DNA from: Balanoglossus misakiensis | Lineage: Eukaryota; Animalia; Hemichordata | Direction of reading: 5' to 3' | Assembly: GCA_040954595.2 (NCBI GenBank) | Contig: CM082589.2 | Coordinates: 3,424,213 to 3,488,212, forward strand | Length of the DNA: 64,000 nucleotides | In this document: positions 12,551 to 26,500 of the stretch, one piece after another | Layout of the letters: each line of letters starts with the position of its first letter | Numbering within the stretch: position 1 is the stretch's first letter | The notes under the pieces: generated by a model | The model's input: only the letters and a program-made list of their open reading frames with translations | Told to the model about the DNA's origin: nothing | The model's database searches: none | Made by a program: the position numbers and the translations under genes

Positions 12551-13605
12551 GTAAGTGATCGCTCTCATGTCATCAGACGGCTTGGTTTTGCCTCATATTT
12601 ACAAGACTCGTACGTTAGTTTCAAATTACAATGACCACTTTCTGATATTTACAAAATATCGATCCGCTAATTCGATATTTGACTGTGTCAAACGATGTCT
12701 CACATCTGTCTTTTTGTAATATTTGTATTGTACATGATAACGTTTAAAGTGTATAATCCATCACAAATTACACGATATCGGGTTGGTTTTCTGTTCCAGT
12801 ACTGAAATAGTATCGGGAAAACAGTCGGCCTCATGATATGACAGCCATGTTTCTGCATCCGCCATGCTTTGATTGTATATGTACGTTGAAGATGACTTCG
12901 GTGGTAAATAGTTTCTACCCAAATAAAAACGGTCATCGTTTACAGGGCATATATAAGAAACAATCTTAGCAAACAAATTAAATGCCCTCAATTAAGCAAA
13001 TGTTTTTGCCTCTATCATAGGAAGAAAATCATCTCTTGTTTTCGTTTTTTGTTATCGCAAATTTTCAGCACGCATTCTTAGTATTGTATATTGCATAACA
13101 AAACGTGCATGATACGAATTACGCGGAAAGACCGGTTGTTATTGATAAACGCGGCCTTCAGTTTCCGTTGCTTTGGCATCGACTTAAAAATGTGCAATTA
13201 CATGTAGCTATAGCCAGCTAATGTCCATGTAACCTAATAGCCACTGCTGTTTAGGCTTATTTCATGACCAAGGTTGGCGCTGCTCTATACACGATATATG
13301 CCTACACAGGACATACTTTCGTTGAAATTTAGTGATGGCAAAAATCGTGAAAATAACCTGAAAAGGATGCAGTTGAAAATGAAATTCGCACCGGGTGAAA
13401 ACTGAAGCCACGAGTGAATTGTCTACTTCACATATAACAACCACGTTTTGGGGTTTAATCCTTCACGGTGTACGTCCACGTGATGATAAAATATGACGGT
13501 ATCTTACGAAAGAGCAGGTGGGGTCTCGCAGAGAATATTGGGATTTAGGTAGTTTTATAATAGTATATTTTGGAAACCACAAGGACAGGCAGAGAAAAAC
13601 AGCAA

Positions 13606-13724
13606 AAGACATACAGACAGGCAGATAGACAGACAGACTGACAGACAGACAAACTGGCTGGCAGGCTAATACACTGGGTTGGAAACGGGGAGAAAGACAT
13701 CATCATCATCATCATCATCATCAT
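13606..13724. repeat. (GACA)n and (CAT)n microsatellites
   Basis: Directly visible simple repeats. Confidence 0.85.
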
Positions 13725-16700
13725 CTCGTTGTTACTAGTATTTAAACTGAAAGATTTGTCGTTGGAGGGCGCTACCTACGCTCCCACTTCGTCTGGTTCC
13801 CTGCCCCATCCCCGCCGCTAGCTGCGCTGCTCAACGGAGGAAGGGAACAGGTACATGTATTCTGGGACTTTGACGTTCCTGTCTTTAAATCTTATCCTCA
13901 GCATTTCTACTATCTACCGATGGGGGCGGTCAAGCATGATGAGAATTATCGAAAAAAGAAGGCCTACTAAATATGCCAACCTTTTGGTTTGTTCCAAGCC
14001 TCACTCTTCATTGCTACAGTGATACGATACAATAATCACGTATCACGGGTTATCAAATTCGGACATATGCCATATAAACCTTTAAAGACACGTCTTCTAA
14101 TATCTTTATGCATAATTTATTAAATCATAAAATTCTCATGTGCTATTTCGGACTTTGCCGATAAACACATAAAAGCAATCCCTAAAATAAACATTTATTA
14201 GCTGTAAACTTATGATAGCAAAATTAAATTAATGCGAGTACTTGTGTTTGTAATATGTTTCCGTAATGGTTCTAAATTTTAAAAGTCGACAGACGCATGG
14301 TCGGGTCAAATGAGAGTTTGCATCAATCTGCACATAGTTGTATTGATTCTGACTATTTCATAAATCATAATCCTCTCTGAGTTAAATGGAATAAAATTGG
14401 GCGCCACCATGCACAATTTAGAATGAGAGAACGAAATCGTCTGAAGTATGAAATTTAAAATGGCCGCCAATCTCTTCGTTAAGGCTATGGAGAAAACCCA
14501 AAGTGTTGATTGTTATGATGAAAACAAGTCGGTCAACACCCAATTTCCTCTTTGTTTTCGAAAACACCCCACACGACCTTTAATATAGGAAAGGATTGAA
14601 TGGTTTGGAGGACTATCAAATCTGTCCCCCAAGGCACTTACTATCTTAATCGCGTCTATATTACCCATCCCACCCTCCACTCCCCGGGGTAAAGCGAGAA
14701 AATATCAGCCCCGAATAACAGAGGTATTGAAATTTATATTTAGCACAATTTTGCCAAGGATAAATTCTGTGAATAATTACCGTCATTGAGGTGTGAATTA
14801 CCCCCTTGTCTCGTCGGTAGTTGACAAAGACACTGCCAACAATCACATATTCTTTCTGATTATCCACTCATCTCTTCATCATATTGAATAAAATGTGAGA
14901 TCTCTCTATGTTAAGGGACGTAAACGTCACCTAGGCAACAAGGAGGAAATCCACATTCGTCATCGATTGTAACCACTTCGAAGTTCACGACCAGACTGCA
15001 TCGTGAACAACGTACATGTTGTACACACAAAGCGTACATGCATGAACATAATGTATGCACATTTTTAAGAAAGCTATCTTTGTTTATAACTCAGTCCGAG
15101 ATTTGCCTTATTCTTGTTCTACAAACAGATTAATCGTTTCGCTTGCTCCAACTCCATTGTTTTCATCTTGGTGAATTCGAAAGTAGTTTCTCAGAACGCG
15201 AAACTGGGCGTGGCATCACTCAAGTGCCAATCAACATCTTGTCTATTCAGAAGATATTTAACATATTCATATTTCGAAAATGGGAAAAATATTGAAAACG
15301 CCTTTAAGGAAGACCGCTTCGTATAATTTAGTTATACACCTAATCATCTCGTCGATAATTGCTTCTGAATGTCAAAATCACAGACGAGGGAGAATTCTTT
15401 GCAACCAGTATTATACTTCTCTTCTGTCCGTATACTCCACTAACCTTCGCAATTAGTTGCGATTAGAAATGAATTATTCTCAAATAGGGGCAAATCATAT
15501 GATAATTTCTCTCGACCTATTTGATATTTTATTGTCCGTTATTGTGATCCTTGAAATTAGACAATTAACGACATTTTTTGCGAAAAGAATGTGAAAATGA
15601 GATTATTTAATTGACATCATTTTGTACTTGAATGCCGGACCAATTCGGCAAGGTCATTACACATGTGAAGTAGTGATGCATATAATGCGTGCTAACAATA
15701 ACCCAGCAAGGTCATAACCCAAAGTTTCAAATTATTTAAGTGCCTCGTTTACTGAAATGTCAAAAGAAGTATGTAACGAGGACTAACGACCACCCGAGTA
15801 GAATATGTGCCGGAGAGATATGTAACTAATATCTCTTGTATACTGCCACTACACAAGATTCATCGCCAATGCGTTTGGATACACGACGTTTTATAGGCCA
15901 AGGTCACAGCAAGGTCTCGAGAAAGACATTGAAACGTAGTAGACAGTCATATGTCGTCAACTTCTCCAACGGAGGCGAAAGACCTGACAAGAGTTGACCT
16001 ATATTCATTGAAATATGAAAGACGCTCTTGTATTTTCAATATGGCGGTGAACATGATTTTGACGACATCCATAGCCCCCCCCCCCCCCGCCAACTTCTCT
16101 TACCCATCACAAGTACAATATTCTTGGCGTATAAGGTCATATGTGCCTTCACGTTGCTGAACTAGCGCCTCAAGCGCCAAATAAGACCAAGTTGAGCCAA
16201 ATCACAGACTTTTCTCAGTATCTATATTAAAAATCTTGCAAGAGGCGATATGCCGACTTCTGCTTTTAAAGTTCTATTTTTATTTGATAGCGAAGAAGTA
16301 TTGAAAGTAATGTCACGATAAGTCATTCGTTTATTTGATGGTGACTATGAAACAGGAAAATTAATGATTCGTGATGGCCTTTCCGATTCGGCGGACGATG
16401 CGGTATTCCTTAATATGCTACTTATCGTGTCATTAATTTAATAACGTTACCAATAGAATTAAAGCAACTTGCACGGCGTCTTGCTTTACGAAATCAAATA
16501 CTTGCATATCAATTACAAATAATGCCAGTGAAAAGTACATGAATAATTCCAAACACAAGTGGTTCTTCTGAAACCTTCGCTGTAGGCGCAAACTGCCATT
16601 AAAAGAAAAAGGCTCCCCATTTCGCGTGTTCAGGTCACGTGAATTCGAATGATATTCGGAGATGACATTTCGGGAGAGAATGGCGTGAATGAGATTTTCC

Positions 16701-17191
16701 TCGTTTGCAAAGAGAGGCGTCTTTTTCCTTTAGAAGTTGTAATAAAAGCCGGAGTAGACACTGCTCAATGAGGGCGTCGGGGTTATGGCGCGCTTTGGAA
16801 TTCAGTCAATTACACGACTACATAACTTGATCACTGCTCGCTTGTCAGCTTCGAGAATGTCGTCGACCTCAAGCGAATTATTTCTTGTAGCTTGGTAGAA
16901 ATTACATCACGCAGGTTTTTTTTCGTGTTTTCCACTGATTTTAATCCAAGAATCCATGAGTGACCAGGAATGATAAAAATAAAACCTCCCAGCATAAAAT
17001 AATCTCCCCCATATAAAATTAACCGTCAAGGTTATCATGGAACAATAGCCCAATAAATCTGATTGGAACTGTTTTAAGAACATAAAACCCTCTATTAGAC
17101 ATTCTAAATTCTAGTTTATGATGTTAAACGGTTTTACACGAAATGCCACTCATGTCTCAGTAGAATTTCGGCACCTATAGTTAGTAGAGAA

Positions 17192-17340
17192 CATTCATTC
17201 ATTCATTCATTCATTCATTCATTCATTCATTCATTCATTCATTCATTCATTCATTCATTCATTCATTCATTCATTCATTCATTCGTTCGTTCGTTCGTTC
17301 GTTCGTTTGTCCGTTCATTCATTCATTCCTTCATTCATTC
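17192..17340. repeat. (ATTC)n/(GTTC)n tetranucleotide microsatellite
   Basis: More than 20 perfect ATTC units followed by GTTC variants. Confidence 0.95.
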
Positions 17341-17970
17341 ACGTTTTCATATCTCCGATACCGGCATCTGACATATTCTGTTTTCCAATGGACGCCCACA
17401 TTTAGTTCCATGACAGATTACATCTGTCAGTTTTACAAAACATACAGGTCTGTCACCTGTCTGTCATTCTAGCCGAATAAGGCAATTAATTAAGCCTACT
17501 TGAGTCTACTAAAATCCTGACTTATCTCAAGAATTTTCATTTTATCATTGCGATGATATTTATTGTATGGTCGCTTGAGTCTTTCCTGCTTTGAATTTAC
17601 TACTAAGTTTAATTATATCTCAGCGTTCCGTACTATTTTTTGTTCGAGATGAATGGATTCAATCAAGAGGAACCATAACTCTCTTAATTGTTTTCTCCTG
17701 TAGATGGAAGATCTTTCAGAGTAGGTACCGACATAGAGTATTCGAGAGAGATATCGTGTTACCATAGCTGCGAGTATCCCGACATGACCTTTTGACCTGG
17801 AAGACACCGGGCAAGAAGTGTATACATTATGCGTGCCCGCTGTGGTTTATCTTTGGAAGAGGAATGCAAGCGCACACTGGAGATCTAGCAGCTGACGCGT
17901 GAGACGGGGGAAACAAGGAACCTTTGGCACGAGACGGTGACCAGTTGCCGTCCTTTTATGAGCCGTGTCC

Positions 17971-18243
17971 ATGTTGCCAAACCTAGGCACAGTCGAGAGA
18001 GAGCCGTCGCCTCCAGAAGACGTCGTCCGTCAGCCGCGTTCCGTCTCCTCCTCGCCGCTGGGTGCCGGCGACGACGTGCAGCCATCAGAACAATTCCAAA
18101 TATCCGAACGTAAAGACGGCACGAGAGGGGACACTTCAAACATTCGAAATAGCCTGTACACCCTATGCGAGGGATTACTGGATAATTTCACCACTGTGGC
18201 AGGACGGAATCGTGTTCATCCTATCGAGGTCCCTGAAAAAGAG
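17971..18243 (+). CDS. RGS gene candidate alternative coding first exon A (MLPNLGTVEREPSPP...IEVPEKE, 91 aa)
   Basis: ATG at 17971, open frame to GAG|GTAAGC at 18243 (phase 0), in frame with the common exon at 40695. Upstream acceptor at 17704. Confidence 0.6.
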
Positions 18244-20725
18244 GTAAGCGCATGCATGCACCTGGCACTGAACATGAACATTCAAATTAGACCAGTGACA
18301 TCATTTACAATTACTAGTATCCCGAAGCACTTTTATTTTGCAATCAGAAAAGGATCTCTGACGAGATCCCTTGGTTCTTAAAGTCAGATTCATTTCCATC
18401 ACACATTCCAAACATAAACTGATCCTGGTCCGGACAAAGGAGGTCACGCACCATCCATGGTTTATCTCTCGCTCTTACTTCCGACTCAGCCTACCACCCT
18501 GGCCCGTCGATAATATCAACATTCCGATAGCATGTACTTTACAAGGTCAAGGGTTGGCGCATGTCTCCTTCCAATTATAGATCATTAGAACTGCTATGGC
18601 CGTACTTAGAACCAGTAGGACTTGCGTCTTAGCTTTCGAAATGGAGATTTTTGATAGACGAGCTTTTGTGGCGTTCGTTCGGGGCAGCTGTCATCACTGC
18701 GGCTGTAAGATGATAAATCCAACAGCTCAGTGTTTATCGGCAAATGTCAACTATACCAGATGTTATATTAATGAATGTCAGCTCTACTATCAACGATTGA
18801 AATCTCAATGATAGAACAAAGATGCTTTTAACATTTCTCAGAACCCATGTCGTGGTGCCCGTCATATCACACTATTGTCTTCGAAGACAGACACATCTGG
18901 GACTCCGCCATTCTCCTGCTATTCATTGTTAACATGCAAAATACCTTGGGTTATGTAATAAATATCTACTGTTGCATATCAATGGCAGTACATCAGGATT
19001 GGTCTGGTTTGTTATGCTGATGACCAGACGATAAAAACTCCATCTTCCTGACTGCGTCGAACTTTTGACATCGCATCAAAATATCAAATATAAAAACATA
19101 CCAGAGGAGCCGTAGATAATCAGACATTCACGTCTTAAAGTAGTGATTTCAAAGATGCCTTGTGCCCCCTGCCGATTCAACCTTGAACAAACAGGCTCCG
19201 CCGATAATAGTGTTCACACTTTCTGAATTAAGGGGGTAACCAGGGCTTTGAGGGGGATCAAAAGTCTATTTTAAACGAGTATTTATAGACCACTCTCCCT
19301 TTAAGAAGACAGTTAGATTACCCGGGGAGGTGCTCAACTTGACGATGTTATTATCACTCCAGATATAGTTACGCCCCTGGCCCAATACCTGTTACTAAGA
19401 ACGCAGTAAAGAGAGGGTAACATTACAGCGGTTTGACCTTTGGTTTTATAGCGGCGCATCTCAGATGGGTCAAATAATAGTTTTCTAATCACACCTCGAG
19501 TGCCAACACAAATTTCTTTGCCTTTGACATTATCCTAGATTGGAAACAAAGGTCACTGCATCCAGACTTAGTCGCCACCCACGGATTGCAGCAATGCCTG
19601 TCAATGACTGGTAGAAAGTGTGGCAACTTTCATCGAAGATTTTTAGGATATTATTTTTTTTCAAATAACGTCCGCAAAATGCTGTCTATACCCTCCATCG
19701 ACAAAACCGCCTCACACGCTAAGCAACCACTCTTAATTCTCTCTCGGTTGTTGTATGAAAACGATAGATGGTTCGCACCACGTGTAGTAACGTGGCGATC
19801 GTAATTTCCATGATTGGCTTGCCTCGACGCTGGAGTAAACTGCCGGCCGTGAAAAGTAGCCGTCGTTTGGCGCGAGTTTGTGCCGATTCGGACCGATTAC
19901 TGCCGTCGCCAGGCGACCAGGAATGGAATTTAAAAAGCATTCCCGAATCTAGAAAAGATGCCAATGGTTTTTCAGGCTCTCCCTGTACTGTCGAGGTGCA
20001 AAGTGGTTTCTATACCAACACGGCGTGATTACCTGTTTGCAAGATCGTAGAAACCATTCCGCGCAAATGCATAGCGGCCTCAATTAATATTAATACCTTG
20101 AACATTCCTACCCTTGGTATCTGAGTTGTATCCGTAGCTACGTTTAGTATGCTCGTCAACGGTCGGAAATGAGTCTCGTGTTTGGTTGTGTAAAATGTCA
20201 TTCGTAATTTAATTGACAGTGGAAAAGGTTCACCGTTTTTCTGACCCGTCATCATGTTCACGGGAAACCATGCTATTGTTTTATTATTAACACTGATGGG
20301 AAACAAAAACAGGTTATGTCTGTTTGCATGAAGCATTTATGAAAAGGCAATTAGTGAATAACATTTTATTCAGATGCGTGTTTAAAGTCTCATGTATCAA
20401 GATCTTTTTAGATTTATTGACAATTCAAAATGTGAGGGGATTGTAAATTATCTCCCAGAAGATCTGTGCTATAATTTCTTTCTAATTCGTAATCGTTGGA
20501 TATTTTGTGAGAAGTTTCGCGGCGCTCTAGGTCAACAGCAATGTCTGGGGAGTTCTTGAGAAATAAAATATCCTGTCATACTGCGTCGACTTTTATTAAA
20601 CAAGGTCGTCTCCCTTGAATAATTTACGACAGGTGTTACCAGACGGATATGATAGCCAACAAGGGTGACTACACAGATATCTTTCAAATGGTGGTTTCTA
20701 CACACATCCAGTGTGCTTAACCATC

Positions 20726-20728
<3 letters not shown>

Positions 20729-20765
<37 letters not shown>

Positions 20766-20770
20766 TCTCT
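20729..20770. repeat. (CT)n microsatellite
   Basis: Directly visible. Confidence 0.9.
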
Positions 20771-23495
20771 CGAACACGCGCGCGTTTGTGGGTTTAACCT
20801 TTTAGAGTGACCCAGAAAAGCGTGTGGGCGACCAACCCATTCTGCCGCAGAATATAAGAATTACAATCCAACACTAATCAGATTAACACTGAGATGCCCA
20901 AAATATCAACGACCAGTTTATACTTACATATAAACCCCCAAGAAAACTTTCTCTTGTTTTATGGACACCACACGATGCAAACTGTAATCTGTTTGTGGCA
21001 TTATCAGTCATTCTGTTTGTCTCATTGACGTTTGGGACTCTTTATAAGTAGTTTTGATTTTCCGAAAACGTCAACTATTGTTGTAACTTGCATGATCGGC
21101 TTGCTTCACCATATGTGTGTCTGATGACATTCATTGTTCATAATGGCACTTCCTGGAAAAATCTGTTTTATTGCTACAGAACCTTCGAATATGTGAATTA
21201 TTTACGACTTCTTTTGAATGAGACAGGACAGGTGGTTCTTGATGAAAATAATCCTGTCGATGGTTATAGGTCGATCTTAATTAGGAAGATATACATTTTG
21301 TAACTATTGCACCAATCTGTGTATCGAAGAGAAATTATTGGGAAGTCTTACAATAACACGGATGTCACACAGTTTAATTTAACAACATCTATTTTGGGCC
21401 ACAAATTGAATTAATTGCTGAAGATTATGCCCGCAGGCATCACGACAACAAATCGTGGAAATTTAATATTTTCAACGTGGTGTATGCAACAGATACCACA
21501 CGTCATGGTGACATCAGATGAGAAAAAAAATCGATAGAGTCTAACAAGAAGGGATTATAATTTGAAACGTTTAATTTCTAACTAATTAATGTTGGGTAAC
21601 AGACTCCTTACTTGAAAATAATGAGGTTGAAAATATAGTCGTTATTCCGATAAATTGAACTGTTTTGATTGGGTTATTTAAATTTAATTCAAACGCATCT
21701 CTCCATATGTGAATAACCGTGGCTTGGATATTTCGATATTTGCAAACGTTACATTGGCCAGACTAGTTCATTAGAGCAATGGTCAAAACGAAAAGGGGTT
21801 TTCAGAACAAAAGGAAACGCTTTCATTTTCTTGTGAATTTGACGACGATTGTTTTCGATTTTTAGTGCAATCGTTATGAATAACGGCGGCGATATAGCCA
21901 CGGAGTTAATTGAACCAGTGCCGACGACAATACCATAGGAATAAAATAATTTCCCTTTTATGTTACGTTGCCATGGTAATGTGTGAAATGCACAGTAAAG
22001 TGTAATTGGGAGGCAATTTCAGCTGCCGTAAACAGGTCACTACGATATGCCGTAAAATTATTTAACTGTTCACACATGATGTCGATCGGTACGCTTGGGG
22101 TCAAGGACGACTGCTATACGTGTCGCCCTCTATCGATGACTTTAGTCCTGATCTAGTGAATGCAGAATACTGGTGCTTCTCAGCGGTGATCATGATGACG
22201 TCACGTACAGTCAAATTCAAGGTATGTTTAAGCGATCGTATAAATATTCTTATCAACTCATTCGCCGCACTTCGATTTAACGACTAGGAAAAGCAGCCGC
22301 CGTAGTTTAGATTCGCATAGACGTGACCTGTGTGAGGTCTTTCGATTCGCGGCGAACGACCTATTTTACCCGGAGACGCGTGATACGATGATGGGGATAG
22401 GGGATGAGGTTCCAGGTAGATGGCAGTCGGAGACACGGTGTATATTGTTGCCGTTTTTTTTGTATAGGTATGAGGATTAATGGCCACAGATATTGATTTG
22501 TGTAGAATCGGTCGATTAGGTGAGCGCACTTAATAATACCAGCATGATGCGCTGGAAGATGAAGGGATGGATTAATTAATGGACGGATGGTGGGCTGGTC
22601 GGATTGCGGGTTGGGTTTGTGTGTTTTTTTACATGCAGGATGGCGTACATAGGTAGAGCGTTGACAAGAGATTTTATTGCTTGGGGAAGAACAATTCGGT
22701 TAACTGTACTGTTGGGTGTATTTTTAGAAAGAAGTACAGATAATATGTTGCATATCGATGCTGATAGAATTGTTTTTTTTACGTACTGCGGTGATGGGCA
22801 GATATTTACGATAGTAAGATAATATTTTATTTCTTTCGTAAGTTAATTGGTTCATTTAATAACAGAACCGTTGATTGACTTATTGAACAGCTCACCAATG
22901 CAGTAATTGCTTGATTACTGTCTTTGGCTGGTTAATCGATTGTAACATTTTGATTAATGTGGATTGGATGCTTGCCGGCTTGCCCGGTCAAATGTCGGAC
23001 ATAGTCACTATTCCAAATGACATGACGGGGTAGACCTATCGCGATCTCAAGAATTGATATTTTTCTCATTTAAAAATAATAGTTTTCGTGCTTTAGAGAT
23101 ATAGTCATGACAAAGGCTTATATTGTGTTTTTGGTGATAAATCAGGTTATTGTTAAATTTGACTAAGCTAGGGAGTTAGTGATACAGGGGCAATGTATAA
23201 TCGATACTGAATCTGGTACATGAGAATATACGATAGATGCCTGATTATCACTGGGTTTTTCCAAGAAAAGGAAAATTGGAAACAGGGAATTCCCCGAGGA
23301 CCCTTTTTTACGTTTACGTTTCGGGAATACGAATGAGATTCTTGGGTAAAGAGTTGAAGGGAAAAGTGCTTTGTCTAAAGGCCAGAGTTTCACAGTTATC
23401 AATACGGGATGTCTGTGGTAAACAATACATTTTAATGGCGACACTTTGTGAAACGATTAGTGATTGGCTAATTCCAACGATGACGCCTTTGCTCT

Positions 23496-23570
23496 GGAAG
23501 ATCTCACCTGGAAACTGCGGAATTATGGGATATTTACCCATAGTTCCGCAGTTTCCAGGTGAGATCTTCC
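23496..23570. repeat. Near-perfect 75-bp hairpin (34-bp arms, 7-nt loop) in RGS intron
   Basis: ggaagatctcacctggaaactgcggaattatggg-atattta-cccatagttccgcagtttccaggtgagatcttcc; one mismatch, which is a U-G pair on the plus strand. Confidence 0.9.
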
Positions 23571-26500
23571 GGTGCTTTTATTGCGCGCAGCATCGTGAAG
23601 CGGAAGTAAAGGTCTGGCTTACGTGAAATCGTACGGATGTCAAAGGGAGCATCGGCCTGGCTTCTTTTTATCTTTTTTATTCAGGCTTGACTAACCAGGA
23701 ATCAACATTTTTACCGGGAACAGCAAATCACAGGGATAACACTCTGATCTTGCGACCTCTGATACAAAAAAACGCTCCCATGATTCAAGTGTAGGTCGCG
23801 GGGGTCACCGTTGCCATTACTGTGGCATGACTTTTATGAAGTCCCTCGAAGGATATTAAGGCAAGATTTTCGACAGTGTTGCCGAACGTCACGTGACACA
23901 TCACCGGCTGAAAATAACTTTATTGAATGAAACGGCTTTCAGACTAATCAAACCCCAGAAGGAGAGACGGTTACGACCGGGCGACCGAACCACGGCACCC
24001 GTAAAAACAGAGTTTGAGAATCTGTGTCTGACGTTGAAATACCAGTAATAAATGACATCCTTTTTACTGATGAGTATCATAAAAACCTGTCCTCCGTCTC
24101 TTCCCTGCCGCTTCTCAATTTCTAGTCTAAAAGTAGGTCGGGCTTTACTGCAAACACGCAATTTTCTTTTTGGCCTTATGGATACGTTCACATCTATCGA
24201 TTGATTGATTGATTGATCAAATAAAATATCCATTACATTTTCCATTGAAACGAATATTTGCAGAGTCAGTCATTGACGAAATGTGGAGGATGCATTGACG
24301 CTTACTGTCACCGTTTCGATCGATCCGTGCTTCATCCGTGCGACTTATACAGCGTTGATGTTTGATCCGTTTGTATGATCTGTAATTGATCGCTAGATTT
24401 CGAAACAGGTTGTCTGTGCCAGATTAATACTAATAATGAAAAAAGAGAGGAACTTATATTTTATGATTTGTCATGATTAAAGGAATGGATGAAATGTGAC
24501 CTATTTATCGGGAAAATGTCTGCGTAAAAGGTCCCAAAGTGCAATCCACGGAACTTGGAATGAACTCCAGCTTGTTGTTTTGATCAACAAGTATGAATGC
24601 TTATACTGGAGCCTTCGGTGATTATAGATATTTTGATGGCAGGGATTATTTGTGAAGTGTTGGCGGTTGCACTCTTTCTGTGCATCAAATATGTATTTCT
24701 GATCGTTATCCCACCACGCGATGACGCAATCGCAGTCAGTCTGAAGAAAAACACCGCATTCTTTCAAATTGGCTGCCCCCCAAAATAGAACAGTGTCACA
24801 CGTGATTAGTGTATTTGTGGTTCCTTCCACTGTGTTTACTGTGTGTATCTCTCGTATTAACCACTGATCGGCTTTGCGCATCTGACACAGCGCACCACAT
24901 CGCACTGTGAAACAGACAAGACAAGCCCGAGAGAACTGGGTGATGACGCTATCGGGCTCCGTGACGTCACTAGCCGTGCAGTTAATTCCACCGAACAGCA
25001 AAATCTGTTGTTGCGACGTCACTGCATTGTCCTGTGACCCCATAACCGCACTTTGTGTACGCATTTTGTGTTTTGCCAAGTGTTTTACTTGACACAATGC
25101 GTTTTTCGCTGCAATTTTGTTGACAATTTCGGGTGTAGAACACGTATTTGGGCCAGGTGTGGGGTTTATAAAAAATAACACGGTGACAATAAGCAAAGGA
25201 AGCCGCCATTTTGTATAACTTGGTCGGTCTTGCACTGTTCAGTGGCAGGGAATAAGCTTAAAATTGAATCAAAGTGATCAGGCGGCATTTTTATCCGTAA
25301 AGAAGTGCGTTCGTCATCGGTTATTAGCGCCTCCCCGTTGACCTTGAAATAAGTGATAGTATTTCAAGGCACTTCTTCGGAGGAACAAAAAGAATGACGC
25401 GTTGGCCAGCGTCATCGCAAATTGTTCTACCTCCTTTCAGCAGGTACTCGTGGCAAAGCTAATTGTGTCGATGCAATGACATAGAGCTGGGTGAATGTCG
25501 ATCAGGTTATCAAACAGACTTCGTCAAATAGTTGCAGGAAACAACCTTTTCGGATAAAAGAAATATATCCTATATTTTTTGTGGAATCACGTGTGCCCGC
25601 ATGATGAACTTATCGGTCCAGTGGGGGGGGGGGGGGGGGGTTATCGAATTGCGGGCGGATTCCGATAAAGACATATATGTCACACACTTCCGACATACTG
25701 GGTTGCGAAGAATACTTATTTTAAGACATATCAATATCTAACTATGTGTAGGAGAGAACTGGGCTGCTGGATGAATAAAATGTCGACAGGGCAGGTATAG
25801 ACTTCGCCATTTCTTAAAGATTTTAGTTCTCCGCTTCGATTGGCCACGGGATTGATCGGTTACACCAACTTCCTCCTCAGAACGTTCCAATATCGTCTGT
25901 CTCGGTTTGTGCAATCTGTCTGTCTGTCTGTCTGTCTGTCTGCTAAGTATGTATGTATGTATGTATTTTTGAGTTTATGAGTTATTGAATTTGTTATTAA
26001 GCGAATCAATAATCAAGAGTAGTTTGATGATGCGTTTGGCAATCGTTACAGTTATGTGGCTTCCAAGTCTTAGTTCTAACTACCAGCTTGTTCAAATTAA
26101 TTAAACTACTGCTCTGTCATCAAACACTGGAACTTGTCAATTGCATGTGAAGACACCCACTATTTGATATATTGATATAGGCGCCCGAGGGCTCAGGGTT
26201 CCACATAGATTGGTGCGAGGCATATTTTCTGTTGGTGTCTACTAGTATTTCGATTATACGATATCAGTGTGGCGTTCGATAATTTAAAGTTCAACAGTAT
26301 TCCCTGTAATCTTGTTTCAGAACGGCGTTTAGCGGAGAAAGGAATTGTGTCAACCAGTGTTTGTCCCGGTTTGTGATCGTGTACACAGTTACAGGAGCTT
26401 ATCGGCGGGTCATATAACGTGCATGGTTCGATGTATAAAAAAAAATGATGGTTTCTTGACGTGTTTTTTTTTCGCGGATAGTCTGTCACGTTTCAAAGTC

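Noticed and set aside
14370-14650. Degenerate relative of the aaaatggccgcc MITE family
   Set aside because: One plausible TTAA-ended terminus but no matching left end; boundaries cannot be supported.
24501-25235. 244-aa minus-strand ORF
   Set aside because: Non-ATG start, no recognisable domain, antisense within the RGS intron. The region looks regulatory (CRE and YY1 motifs) rather than coding.
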